A stretch of DNA of 64,000 nt from a virus. Under the pieces are notes generated by a model. That model was not told where the DNA came from and did not search any database. It saw nothing but the letters and a program-made list of their open reading frames with translations. Below are positions 39,335 through 49,000 of the stretch, piece by piece (position 1 is the stretch's first letter; every line of letters starts with the position of its first letter). The position numbers and the translations under genes were made by a program. The DNA lies in IMG/VR virus record IMGVR_UViG_3300032132_000754, positions 121,178 to 185,177 of that record; one strand, 5' to 3'.

Positions 39335-39698
39335 ACAACGGATGTCTGTCCGGGGCCTTACGAGCAGACTTGCCTAACCATGGCGCTTTGCCAACATTGC
39401 AGTGTTTACAGCGATAATTCTTCTTGGTGTTATCCCAACCTTTATAGAGGTCTTTTCTACAAAACCATTGTTTTTTATAACAATGGGGGCATGTGACTTT
39501 AAACCCATATGGAATTAAACGGAGTTTAGTCTTCCATTCAATAGCAGTAGCTTTGGCGCGTTTTGTTCCTACTCTAACTTCAAATAGGTCCTTCATGTAC
39601 CACCCTATCCTAACCACTGGGTAGAGCAGGATGGATATCAATCCTGCTAATACTATATACTCAATGGTCATCTGGAGAGTAATAACTTCCACAAACAA
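39279..39698 (-). CDS. Membrane protein with C4 zinc finger
   Basis: N-terminal TM helix, CPHC...CKHC. Confidence 0.55.
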   Translation of the reverse strand: MFVEVITLQMTIEYIVLAGLISILLYPVVRIGWYMKDLFEVRVGTKRAKATAIEWKTKLRLIPYGFKVTCPHCYKKQWFCRKDLYKGWDNTKKNYRCKHCNVGKAPWLGKSARKAPDRHPLFKPKSAGWRSVYKSPSED

Positions 39699-40092
39699 AA
39701 CCGCCGCTTGGGTTAGCGTAGCCAGAGTTTATAGTCTTGTTTGGTTTTGAATTTAAATTTTGATAGCCATATTGGCTTGTGGTCTGAAGAGTAACGCTAT
39801 ATCCAGGCGATGCTTGGTAACCATAAAGCATCAGACTATCATCTTCGTAAAGAGTTGGGCTAATGAGGTATCCACGGATCTTATTGAGGCTTTTGGAGTC
39901 GTATAGGTCGACTTCAACGCGCTCTGGTCCTAGAAAGACTTTGGTCTCGTGGTCGAAGAAAAGGCGTTTCATGCCCTTTTCTTTCATCTGTACTATCATC
40001 GCGCCCTGCGTGTCCTTTGTGGCTTCACGCGTGGTCATGATGCGGTGTCCGGTATTAAACGCTAGGTCCTGTAAGACGTCTACTATGTCCAT
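39661..40092 (-). CDS. DP-motif paralog family member with C-terminal extension
   Basis: IVDVLQDLAFNTG; VDLYDSKSLNKI. Confidence 0.55.
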   Translation of the reverse strand: MDIVDVLQDLAFNTGHRIMTTREATKDTQGAMIVQMKEKGMKRLFFDHETKVFLGPERVEVDLYDSKSLNKIRGYLISPTLYEDDSLMLYGYQASPGYSVTLQTTSQYGYQNLNSKPNKTINSGYANPSGGFVCGSYYSPDDH

Positions 40093-40396
40093 TGATATCT
40101 AACTTCCCAATCCACTCTTTTAGTATATTTATCGATTGGGGGTCATGAAGATCAATCTCTGTACATTCTTCAATGTCAACAACGTCAGCATCTAAAGGAT
40201 CGGGCGTTGGGCCGTTAATTAGATAAACATTGAGGGTGGTGCCATCGACAGAGTAAATCGATATGATTTTACTTTCGTCTTTGTTTTCTAAAACAACGCT
40301 ATCGTTTTCAAAATAAGCATATTTAGCCAACCCAAGCTCACTAATTAAAGCAATGACGCATTTCGAGGCGTCATCAATATTAGTTAGACCGTCCAT
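40055..40396 (-). CDS. DP-motif paralog family member
   Basis: IALISELGL; IDLHDPQSINILKEW. Confidence 0.65.
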   Translation of the reverse strand: MDGLTNIDDASKCVIALISELGLAKYAYFENDSVVLENKDESKIISIYSVDGTTLNVYLINGPTPDPLDADVVDIEECTEIDLHDPQSINILKEWIGKLDINGHSRRLTGPSV

Positions 40397-40670
40397 TGCC
40401 GTTCTCCAATATCGTCTGAAATTTATCTAAACTAGCTGGGTCAGTAACGTCCATATCAGTAATGACATCGCCTTCTCCAACATATTTTATCTTAGTTTCA
40501 GATACAAAAAACATCCGTACACCACTTAAAACGGGGAATCCAGCTTTTATAAACATTACCGACTTTTTGGCGTTGGAGTCGGCGTAATGTTCTGGTGGAC
40601 GTATCGCCCCGCTACATTCAACAAAACCATGTTCAAGGGCAAGCTCAATGAGCAGTGACTTTAAGTCCAT
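40380..40670 (-). CDS. DP-motif paralog family member
   Basis: LKSLLIELALEHGF; MDVTDPASLDKF. Confidence 0.65.
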   Translation of the reverse strand: MDLKSLLIELALEHGFVECSGAIRPPEHYADSNAKKSVMFIKAGFPVLSGVRMFFVSETKIKYVGEGDVITDMDVTDPASLDKFQTILENGNGRSN

Positions 40671-40947
40671 TTATGAAATTCTCAAGGGCTAAATTTATTT
40701 TATCAAAACATTGCGGGTCAGCTATGCGAGCAAGCTCTACCTTAGGACCTTTGTTTACATAGATATATACGAAGCTATCATCATGTGTCAATTGAATCGA
40801 TTGCTTAGGATTTTCCCAAATTGGACGATCAAAAGTCCTAATGATAATAGTTCTATCTCTTTTAACACGAACCAAATCATGTTTCTGGAGCCAGTAAGAC
40901 ATACCAAACTGTTTAAAGTGCTCTTCTAACAAATCAAGAAACGTCAC
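40645..40947 (-). CDS. DP-motif paralog family member
   Basis: GTG 40947 with GTA 13 nt upstream; LDLLEEHFKQFG; RIADPQCFDKI. Confidence 0.65.
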   Translation of the reverse strand: MTFLDLLEEHFKQFGMSYWLQKHDLVRVKRDRTIIIRTFDRPIWENPKQSIQLTHDDSFVYIYVNKGPKVELARIADPQCFDKINLALENFINGLKVTAH

Positions 40948-40976
40948 GTATATAAGATACAAGATAAAAATAATAT

Positions 40977-41408
40977 ATGAAACTCAACATGATTAACGAA
41001 GCAGGAAGTCTAGGGTCTATCACGCACGATAGGGCCGTTGTGGGGACTCCACTCTATACTAGTCCAGAAGCTGTCAGATTAGGCATGAAAGGGACTCCAA
41101 GGCCGCCGAGCAAGCTTGGTAGAAAACCACTTCCTCGATTTAAATATCTAGATCGAGATGAGTGGACTGAATGGACAGGAGACCCAGAAACTATGGTCCA
41201 TGGAGTCCTACAACATTTTGATACTAAAATGACGTGGATGCAAATTTGGCATAAGATTAAACCAGAACTTGTAAGAATGCAATCTAAAGATTCTCGTTTT
41301 GAAGTCCCATCATATAACCAAACGAAAAGTGCTTTAAAGCAACTAATACAGAGAAAAGTCATAAGATCAACAGCTATAGGCGACAAACTGGCTTTTGAGT
41401 TAATTTAA
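40977..41408 (+). CDS. Putative head-packaged protein (MKLNMINE N-terminus), winged-helix-like C-terminus
   Basis: TAAAAATAA-TAT-ATG motif; TKSALKQLIQRKVI. Confidence 0.55.
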   Translation: MKLNMINEAGSLGSITHDRAVVGTPLYTSPEAVRLGMKGTPRPPSKLGRKPLPRFKYLDRDEWTEWTGDPETMVHGVLQHFDTKMTWMQIWHKIKPELVRMQSKDSRFEVPSYNQTKSALKQLIQRKVIRSTAIGDKLAFELI

Positions 41409-41833
41409 AATCTCTTACCGGCTCCATCTATATCCCAATCGCCATCTAATTCAATTCGGCCAGTAACAAACCCTAGACAAAGTTCGCGTTCCTGACGCCG
41501 ACGGACATATCGGCTGTTGCTAAAATCCCAACGTGGACCACGCTGACGCGGCTGTCCTTTTTTAGACTTCCCTCGCCTCCCAAGAGTTTGGTGACAGCGA
41601 TGACGACCGATCATAGCTTCATTGGGGCCCCAGGCGCAATCCATCGTGCCAAGCTGCCAATTATACCATCCGATATCACATCTGGATAATAGCCTAGCGC
41701 CCCAAGCGAATTTGCCTTCATTAGGCTTTAATAAGTCGCGGTCTTCCCATTTACCTTGTTTTAATTTCAATCTCTTTTTAGCAACGAGATTCGCTTTTAT
41801 TAGCCGCTCCCCTCTCATAATGAATCTCTCCAA
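41405..41833 (-). CDS. Hypothetical basic protein
   Basis: 142 aa, Arg/Lys-rich. Confidence 0.45.
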   Translation of the reverse strand: MERFIMRGERLIKANLVAKKRLKLKQGKWEDRDLLKPNEGKFAWGARLLSRCDIGWYNWQLGTMDCAWGPNEAMIGRHRCHQTLGRRGKSKKGQPRQRGPRWDFSNSRYVRRRQERELCLGFVTGRIELDGDWDIDGAGKRF

Positions 41834-42225
41834 CGTTTGCCAGGTTTTTTCTTAGCAAATTCTTTAAACCATACTTCGACGTCATCGTAAAGAGTTGGAC
41901 TAGCTAAACCGAATTTCTTAATTGCTACGCCCCAACCTGGCGAATTGATATAAAACAGCCATTTATCTGACTTAATTGCCGGAATTTTTAGGCCACCCCA
42001 AATAAATCTCTTACTTGTTTTGTAGTAACGCCAAATTATCCCACCAGACATGGGCCTCTTGCGCGTGCGGGAAACACCATTTAACAGCCTATAGCCGATT
42101 TGCTCCTCATATTCTTGTTGAAAATGATGGTCTACAATGACTAATTTTTTGTCGGAAGACGGAGAGAAATGCTCAACGAAATCTTCAAATAGCATCTCGT
42201 TGAGTGCGTCGTCTAAGGCGGTCAT
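41815..42225 (-). CDS. DP-motif paralog family member (divergent)
   Basis: EMLFEDFVEHF; FGLASPTLYDDVEVWF. Confidence 0.55.
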   Translation of the reverse strand: MTALDDALNEMLFEDFVEHFSPSSDKKLVIVDHHFQQEYEEQIGYRLLNGVSRTRKRPMSGGIIWRYYKTSKRFIWGGLKIPAIKSDKWLFYINSPGWGVAIKKFGLASPTLYDDVEVWFKEFAKKKPGKRWRDSL

Positions 42226-42232
42226 TATTATT

Positions 42233-42670
42233 CTACAACGTAAAAGGCTTAGTGTGTTCAGATTCGGATTTGATAAGAATAGCTGTTAGATTATCGAAAC
42301 TATCTGGTGCATGAAAATCAATTCTACAGCGCCCTAAGAGGTATTTCTCTTCATGAATCATGTTTTCGACGGTTAAGATTGAGTTATCATCATCCTTGAC
42401 GTTTTCTTGAAGATTTTTAAGCAGTTTTTTGGGGCCAGGCCATCTAGTATTTCTGTAGATGCTGTAGACATAATGTAAATGTTTTTCGTGGTCACGGTAT
42501 AATGAGAAATATCGATTAATATATCGACCCCATACTCTGCCGCTGTAATCTATTTGAAAAGACATTGGTTGGCCAAACTGATCTGACGAAGCGTATTTCG
42601 ACAATCGGGTTAAACCCATCTCGATGAAATACTCTGCCAACAACTCTTCGAATTCTTGCCTAGAGGACAT
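42233..42670 (-). CDS. DP-motif paralog family member
   Basis: EELLAEYFIEMGL; IDFHAPDSFDNL; GTA 13 nt upstream. Confidence 0.6.
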   Translation of the reverse strand: MSSRQEFEELLAEYFIEMGLTRLSKYASSDQFGQPMSFQIDYSGRVWGRYINRYFSLYRDHEKHLHYVYSIYRNTRWPGPKKLLKNLQENVKDDDNSILTVENMIHEEKYLLGRCRIDFHAPDSFDNLTAILIKSESEHTKPFTL

Positions 42671-42700
42671 AATTCTTATATACTAGACCAAATATAAAAT

Positions 42701-43039
42701 ATGTACGAGTATAAAGCAATAGTGACCCATATTGTAGACGGAGACACAATTGACGCCGACGTCGATCTCGGTTTCCATCTTACAGCCAAACTACGCCTGC
42801 GCTTCTCAAGGATCAACACTCCAGAGAGAGGAAAACCAGGCTTTACGGAAGCTACAGATAGAGTTAAAGAACTCATCCCTGTGGGGGCACTTATCCATAT
42901 CACTACTTCAAAAACTGGTGGATTTGGACGATGGCTAGCAGAAATTAATTACTTCAACGATCAAGCTCCTATCCTTCCAATCAATTTGAACAACCAATTA
43001 CTTCGTGAAGGCTACGCCGTTCCGTACGTGAGGAAATAA
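42701..43039 (+). CDS. Thermonuclease (SNase-like) family protein
   Basis: IVDGDTID..VDLGF...R...INTPE, FGRWLA, LLREGYA. Confidence 0.85.
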   Translation: MYEYKAIVTHIVDGDTIDADVDLGFHLTAKLRLRFSRINTPERGKPGFTEATDRVKELIPVGALIHITTSKTGGFGRWLAEINYFNDQAPILPINLNNQLLREGYAVPYVRK

Positions 43040-43041
43040 AC

Positions 43042-46002
43042 ATGTCTTTAATATTAATCGCTAAAGATTCAATAACTGGACAACCTACTGAAGCCAGCGA
43101 TGATAATCCGATAACTATTCCATTAATTGGAGATGGTGGGGTTACTAAATTTGATGGAACGTTAGAAGCTATTAGCCCGATGACTATTCGTGGTCAGGCT
43201 GGCCAAGGAGCTAACAGCATCGGCGGTGTTATAAACGTAATTGGCGGCATCGGTACCGGAACAGCTACAGGCGGTGCCGTAAACATCTTAGCAGGTACTA
43301 CTGAATCAGGTCGTGGAGGGCAATTAGCTTTAGTAGGCGGCGACAGCGGCACCAACGATCATGCCGGTATTGTTATCATTCAGGGAGGCCAAGGTAATGC
43401 CGCAGGCTTCACTAGCGGCGGCGTACTTATCAATTCTGGTGTTGCGCATTCTGATGGTAGCTCTGGAAGTGTCCTTATTAGCACTAAGAGCGGAGGGGGC
43501 ACATCAGGAAACTCAGGCAACGTCACAATTGATATTGGAGCAGCCCCAGGCGGCACACGTGGAACCCTTATCATCGGGCAGACATTACCTAAAATCACTT
43601 TCACTGGCGGTATTGGTAGTTCAATCAGTGTACTTGGCGTTGGCGTTAATAGTGAAATGTTTGGCGCTGGTGCTACTGGAATTGGCGCTGGTGCTACTGT
43701 TGTTGGCAATGGTGCTACTGGAAATGGAGGAGGTGGGGTTGCAGTAGGCAATAATGCAGCGTCTCTAAGCCCTGGCGGTATCGCAATTGGTACTTTAGCA
43801 ACAACTGGTGGACAAAGCAGTATCTCTATTGGTGGTGGCGGTACATTATCAGGGCACGATTATTCAATTTGTATCGGTGACTTTGCCGCATCTTCAGCTG
43901 CAAACCAATTGATTATTGGCAGCAGTTTTCACAAAATCTTCCAAATGTTTATTGGGGCAGGCGTATCAGCGGCAACCACAGCCAATATGAGCATTAATTC
44001 TACTTCTGGAACCGGAGTTTTTGACGGCTCAGATTTAGAAATTGCAGCCGGAATCGCCCTAGGTTCTGGCGCAGATGGAGAACTAATTCTATCGGCCAGA
44101 GGCGGTTCAATCAATATAAATGAAGTTGGACAAGAGTCTCTCTCTACAACAGATTTTGGCGCTACTTCAATCATTGGTGCTCTAAATGAGTTGGCTTCAA
44201 TATCAATGGCTGGTGTTGGCACTCTTGCTGCCACTCTTGCTGTTGGAAACACTACTAACGGAACTAACATTGTTCTATCCGCGCTCGATAATATCTCATC
44301 GACAAATGGCACTAACCAGCTATCATTAACAGCTGGTGTCGTGAATGTTCATCGTGAAACTGTCGCCAGTAACAACGTCGCCATGCAAATAATCAAAACC
44401 GCTAACAATACTGTTAGCGGCGTTGTTAATGTTATACAAATCCAAGCCGCATCCTCTTCTGGTCTTCCTACTGCCGGGTTTGGATCTTCAATAGATTTCC
44501 TACTCGAAAGAGGATCTGGTGGTGGTAATAACCTTGCTGGTAGATTATCAGTTATTACAACTACTCCTCTAGGTGGTGGTAGCGCTGCATCCTATGTGGC
44601 TTTAAGTTCAATCGCTTCTGGTTCTGAGGTTGAATTTCTTAGAGCTGGTTATCTCGGAAATGTTTCCATTAGCGACGTGAATTTGGTTTGGGAAACGGAT
44701 AACACCGCCGACATTGGTGCTACTGGCGCAACACGACCGCGTACAATTTATGCTGGAACTAGTGTTGTGGTCCCTAGTGTTGTGGCCACAACTAGTGTTA
44801 CAATTGGCACTACTATAATCACACCAACTACTCTTACTAGCGTTTCAACATTTGCTATATTAGGAGGGCCTGGAACTGGCGGAGCCAGCCCTGGAGGCGA
44901 TGGTAAAGCTGTTTCTATTACTGGCGGTGCTGGCGGGCAATTAGGTGGTGCTGTTTCTCTTACGGGTGGTGCTGGTAATCAGAAGTCTGGCGGATCAGCA
45001 TTTGTCACAGCTGGTGCAAGTACAAACTTCATCGGTGGTCAAGCCAGACTTAAAGGTGGAATGGGTGCTACCTTTGGTGGCGCTGCTACTGTAGAAGGTG
45101 GAACTGGTGCCTCCAATGGTGGATCAGTACAAATGTCTGGTGGATCATGCCTTGGCACTGGCCCTGGTGGTAGCGCTGGAATGTTTGGCGGATCTGGCAG
45201 GCTTACCGGCGCTGGCGGATTAGTCCAAATCATTGCTGGAAATGGTGGTGCAAGCGGAAGTGATACTGGCGCAGGTGGTGCCGCAACTTTCAAAGCCGGA
45301 AACGGTGCAACAGGATCCGGCGCTGGCGGCGTTATGATGATTGCTTCTGGCAATGGATCTGTGGGCGGCGGTGCTGGAGGCGCTCTAAGCATTTTAGGTG
45401 GTGTTGCTGGTGGGTCTAATCAAGCCGGTGGAGCTATCACTGTCCAAGCTGGGCATTCAACTGGAACAGGTTTAGCAGGCGCAATTAGCATTCTAGGAGG
45501 AAACAACCAGAGCGGCACCGTAGCAGGTGGAACAGTCACTATTACTGGTGGCAACGCCTCATCCTCTTCAGCCGCAGCAGGTGGTGCAGTCGCTATCGCT
45601 GGTGGCGTTTCTGGTGATACCGATGCGAGTGTTGGTGGAGCAGTAACAATTTTTTCTGGTTCTAGTGCGGCTACTAACGGCGATAGTGGTGGTGTCACCA
45701 TTGACGCTGGCGCTCCTACAGGATCTGGAACTGCAGGCGATGTTGCTATCGCCGCCACAAATGCAGCGACTTTAGTTCTTGGTACAACTGGAACACTGAT
45801 GAGTTTCTTCGGAGTAACAGCAGTGTCACAACAAACTGATACTGTAGCGCTGACTGATAGTACAACAGGATCAGCAAACAATACCGTAGTGGACGTTGGA
45901 GCTAGCTTCAGCCAGGCTACACTAAATGATAACTTCGCGGACATAACCGCAAAGTATAACGCACTAAGAACAGTCCTCCGCAATCTAGGATTGATGGCTT
46001 AA
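43042..46002 (+). CDS. Gly-rich tail fibre/adhesin-like protein
   Basis: 986 aa; many GGxVxIxGG repeats, YadA-head-like (A/S)(I/V)(A/S)IG repeats, C-terminal LRNLGLMA. Confidence 0.7.
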   Translation: MSLILIAKDSITGQPTEASDDNPITIPLIGDGGVTKFDGTLEAISPMTIRGQAGQGANSIGGVINVIGGIGTGTATGGAVNILAGTTESGRGGQLALVGGDSGTNDHAGIVIIQGGQGNAAGFTSGGVLINSGVAHSDGSSGSVLISTKSGGGTSGNSGNVTIDIGAAPGGTRGTLIIGQTLPKITFTGGIGSSISVLGVGVNSEMFGAGATGIGAGATVVGNGATGNGGGGVAVGNNAASLSPGGIAIGTLATTGGQSSISIGGGGTLSGHDYSICIGDFAASSAANQLIIGSSFHKIFQMFIGAGVSAATTANMSINSTSGTGVFDGSDLEIAAGIALGSGADGELILSARGGSININEVGQESLSTTDFGATSIIGALNELASISMAGVGTLAATLAVGNTTNGTNIVLSALDNISSTNGTNQLSLTAGVVNVHRETVASNNVAMQIIKTANNTVSGVVNVIQIQAASSSGLPTAGFGSSIDFLLERGSGGGNNLAGRLSVITTTPLGGGSAASYVALSSIASGSEVEFLRAGYLGNVSISDVNLVWETDNTADIGATGATRPRTIYAGTSVVVPSVVATTSVTIGTTIITPTTLTSVSTFAILGGPGTGGASPGGDGKAVSITGGAGGQLGGAVSLTGGAGNQKSGGSAFVTAGASTNFIGGQARLKGGMGATFGGAATVEGGTGASNGGSVQMSGGSCLGTGPGGSAGMFGGSGRLTGAGGLVQIIAGNGGASGSDTGAGGAATFKAGNGATGSGAGGVMMIASGNGSVGGGAGGALSILGGVAGGSNQAGGAITVQAGHSTGTGLAGAISILGGNNQSGTVAGGTVTITGGNASSSSAAAGGAVAIAGGVSGDTDASVGGAVTIFSGSSAATNGDSGGVTIDAGAPTGSGTAGDVAIAATNAATLVLGTTGTLMSFFGVTAVSQQTDTVALTDSTTGSANNTVVDVGASFSQATLNDNFADITAKYNALRTVLRNLGLMA

Positions 46003-46012
46003 GGAATAAAAT

Positions 46013-49000
46013 ATGAGTATTGTCCCAGGTCTATACGACATAGAATTGATCTTCGAAACCCTAAACGGAGGTGGAGTATCAACTATCGGCGGCGGAGCCC
46101 CATTCAACATCGACGGAAGCCTAAATGTTGGTTTAACCACATCAGCAGTTGATACCGGCGATTTCGCAGCCAGTGACGGCACCAACTCAATGACCTACGA
46201 CGCCTCTGTCGGGTCACTTCAGGTCCTCCTAGGCGCGGGAGGTGTCAACGGGGCCATGCACTTCGGTGTTGCCGGTGTCCAGCCGTTGAAATTCAACGGT
46301 CCCAGCTTTGTAGAAGGCCCGACGCAGACGATCATTGAGGGCATCAACCTCGATGCCTTCGGAATCAACATCGGCGGTTGGATGGGCTTAGGAGGTAGGC
46401 ACACCGCTGGAGGAGTGACGAACTTCGGGTTCATCGGCGGCATCAAAGCTAACGCTACAGACGGCAACAATGCCGGGCACCTGGCATTCGCCACTAGACC
46501 GAACGCTTCAGTGCCGGTCACTCGCTGGCGCATGACCGATGCCGGACACTTCATCGGTGAAACAGACAACACCTATGATTTTGGAGCATCCGGAGCTACA
46601 CGCCCACGTTCTGGTTATTTTGGTACCGCACTAAATGTTGGAAATGGGATTACACCTAGCACAGACAACGGAGATATCGTCGCAGGTGACGGCACGCGCT
46701 CCATGGCCTGGGACGCGAGTGCTGGAAATTTACAACTCATCAACGGAGGAGATTCCACCAGCATTAATCCAGGTGGTGGTGTTCCCTTGTTTGTCGTCAA
46801 GGAGGTATCCGGGGTCGCGATTGCGAACATGGTCACTTGGCGTCTGGCTAATTCAGCCGGAGCAGGCGTAGCTGGAATGGTTAACCGGCTACAGTGGCAA
46901 GGTGAGACGACGGCCAGTGGGTTCACTACGATGGGGATCCTGGATATCTCGTGGCGTGACTCTCCGGTGCTCGGTTCCAACAATGCCCAAATGGATTTCC
47001 TACTACCTCGTGGGGGTTTCGCTACTACGCAATTAACCATCGGCAACTCCGTCACAGCTTCCGGGGCAACTCGTGTTGAGATTCCTTCAGGACTCATGGT
47101 CGGAGCACCTTCTTCGACTGTCATCGCCCCAGGAGACATATTCGCAGGGACGCCCACCAGCAACGCAATGGTCTGGGATCAGAGCGCTGGAACGCTGGTT
47201 ATCGGTGATCCCTCCGCAATTCCGTTTGTAAGCATTAACGCAGTAGGGGCGGTGGGGATCCAACGCTTAGGTGTTCCCGGTGCGGTAGTCGGTACGCTGT
47301 CTCTAGCGAACTGTGGCGGAGGCCCAGGTACCGCTGGTTCAGGTACCGGAATGGCGCTGATCGCTCCCAACAGCGCTGGTGAATGCAACACAGTTTCAAC
47401 CGTAAATGCGGTCCTCAGACAGGCGACGAACGGTGATACTTACGCCGATTATGTAGTCTCACTGGCTCTTGCGCAGGCGACCACCGAGCTAGTCGAAGCT
47501 TTCCGAGTTGGCAACAGTCAGTCGGCTGCTGGGATTCACCGTATCGAGGTTCCCGGTGGCGGCCTCATGGCTGGAACCATTGCGTCGATAACAGCTGCTG
47601 AAGCTGGTGACATCGTAGCCGGTGACGGAACGATGGAATTATTCTGGGATACTTCAACTGGTCTACTGTCGCTAACAGGAGCGGGGGCAGGACTCACTAC
47701 TGACGGAAGCGTCATTATTGGTGGTGATCTTACCGTCAATGGAACGACAACTACAGTCAACTCCGAGATTCAGACCGCCGATAATTACATCCTATTAAAT
47801 AGCGAGTATACTGCTGCCGCAGCACAAGCTTCAGGACTAATTCTAAATATTGATCCATTCGCAACTAGTTTTGGAATTAATGATATCGTAGACGGCACTG
47901 GCGGATCTGTAATCACAGTCACATCAGGTGATCCATCAGCCTCACTCAGCGTGGGCAACTTCATCCTGATCGAAAACCCTGCAACCGCAGGAAATGCTGG
48001 GATTTTCGAAGTCTCAGCTGTCAATTCAACTACAATCACTATCGAAGTTTCCCCAGCCGAGGCATTCTCTGGTACATCCCTAACAGACGACGCCACTGTT
48101 CAGGGGACAGTCGTCGGAGTCGAGCTTGCCGTATGGGAGTCCAGTGCTGATGGTACCTTCCAACGTGCTTTCGGATCAACAGCCCCTCTAACTCGGGACG
48201 TCAAGCTTGGCGCTGGGTTCGTAAACATCGGTGGTTCTACAACTAGCGCGACTAGCGCAGGAGACTTCGCCGCAGGTGACGGTACGCGCTCTCTCGTCTG
48301 GGACGCAAGTGCTAACGCTCTTGCTATAGGAGACTCTACTAACGCGTTAACATGGGCTACAACTCAGTTACAGGTTAGCGTAGATTCATCTACGTCAGCG
48401 ATCCTGACTACCAATACAGATTCGCTTGGATTCAACGGCATCGTCAGCGGGCTTAGAGCACAATACCTTCCATCTGGACGCGCCGGACTAGCAGGCGACG
48501 GTATCGCCTACTATATGGACTTAAAAGACAGCACAAGCGTTACTAGGATCGGTGCCGGTGTCTTGCAGACAAGATGGCTTAATGCCACTGCCGGGGCTCT
48601 AGATGTAGAAATTAGTCTTGAAGGTTACGTTGCCAACACATCCCTAAAGAAAATGTTGGTCCTTTCTGGTGGAGACCTTACCATTAATGACACCGATGGC
48701 ATGGCAGGAATCGGTGTCAACCGTACATGGCGCACCAGTGACGGCTGGATGGCTGTTGGCCGAAGCGCGAGCATAGCTGGCTTGGCTGATGGTGATATCG
48801 TCGCTGGTGATGGTACCCGTGAGATGTCCTGGGACGCTAGCGTCGGCAAGTTCACCATTTCAGGACTTGATGGAGTAGACCCGAGACCCATCGTTCTCAC
48901 TGGGGCCGCTGACGGCCCGATAATTCACGAGTTTGAAAACACAAGCTCACATGCAGACGCACGGGTCGAATACCGGCTTGTCGGAGACAACAGCATTGCG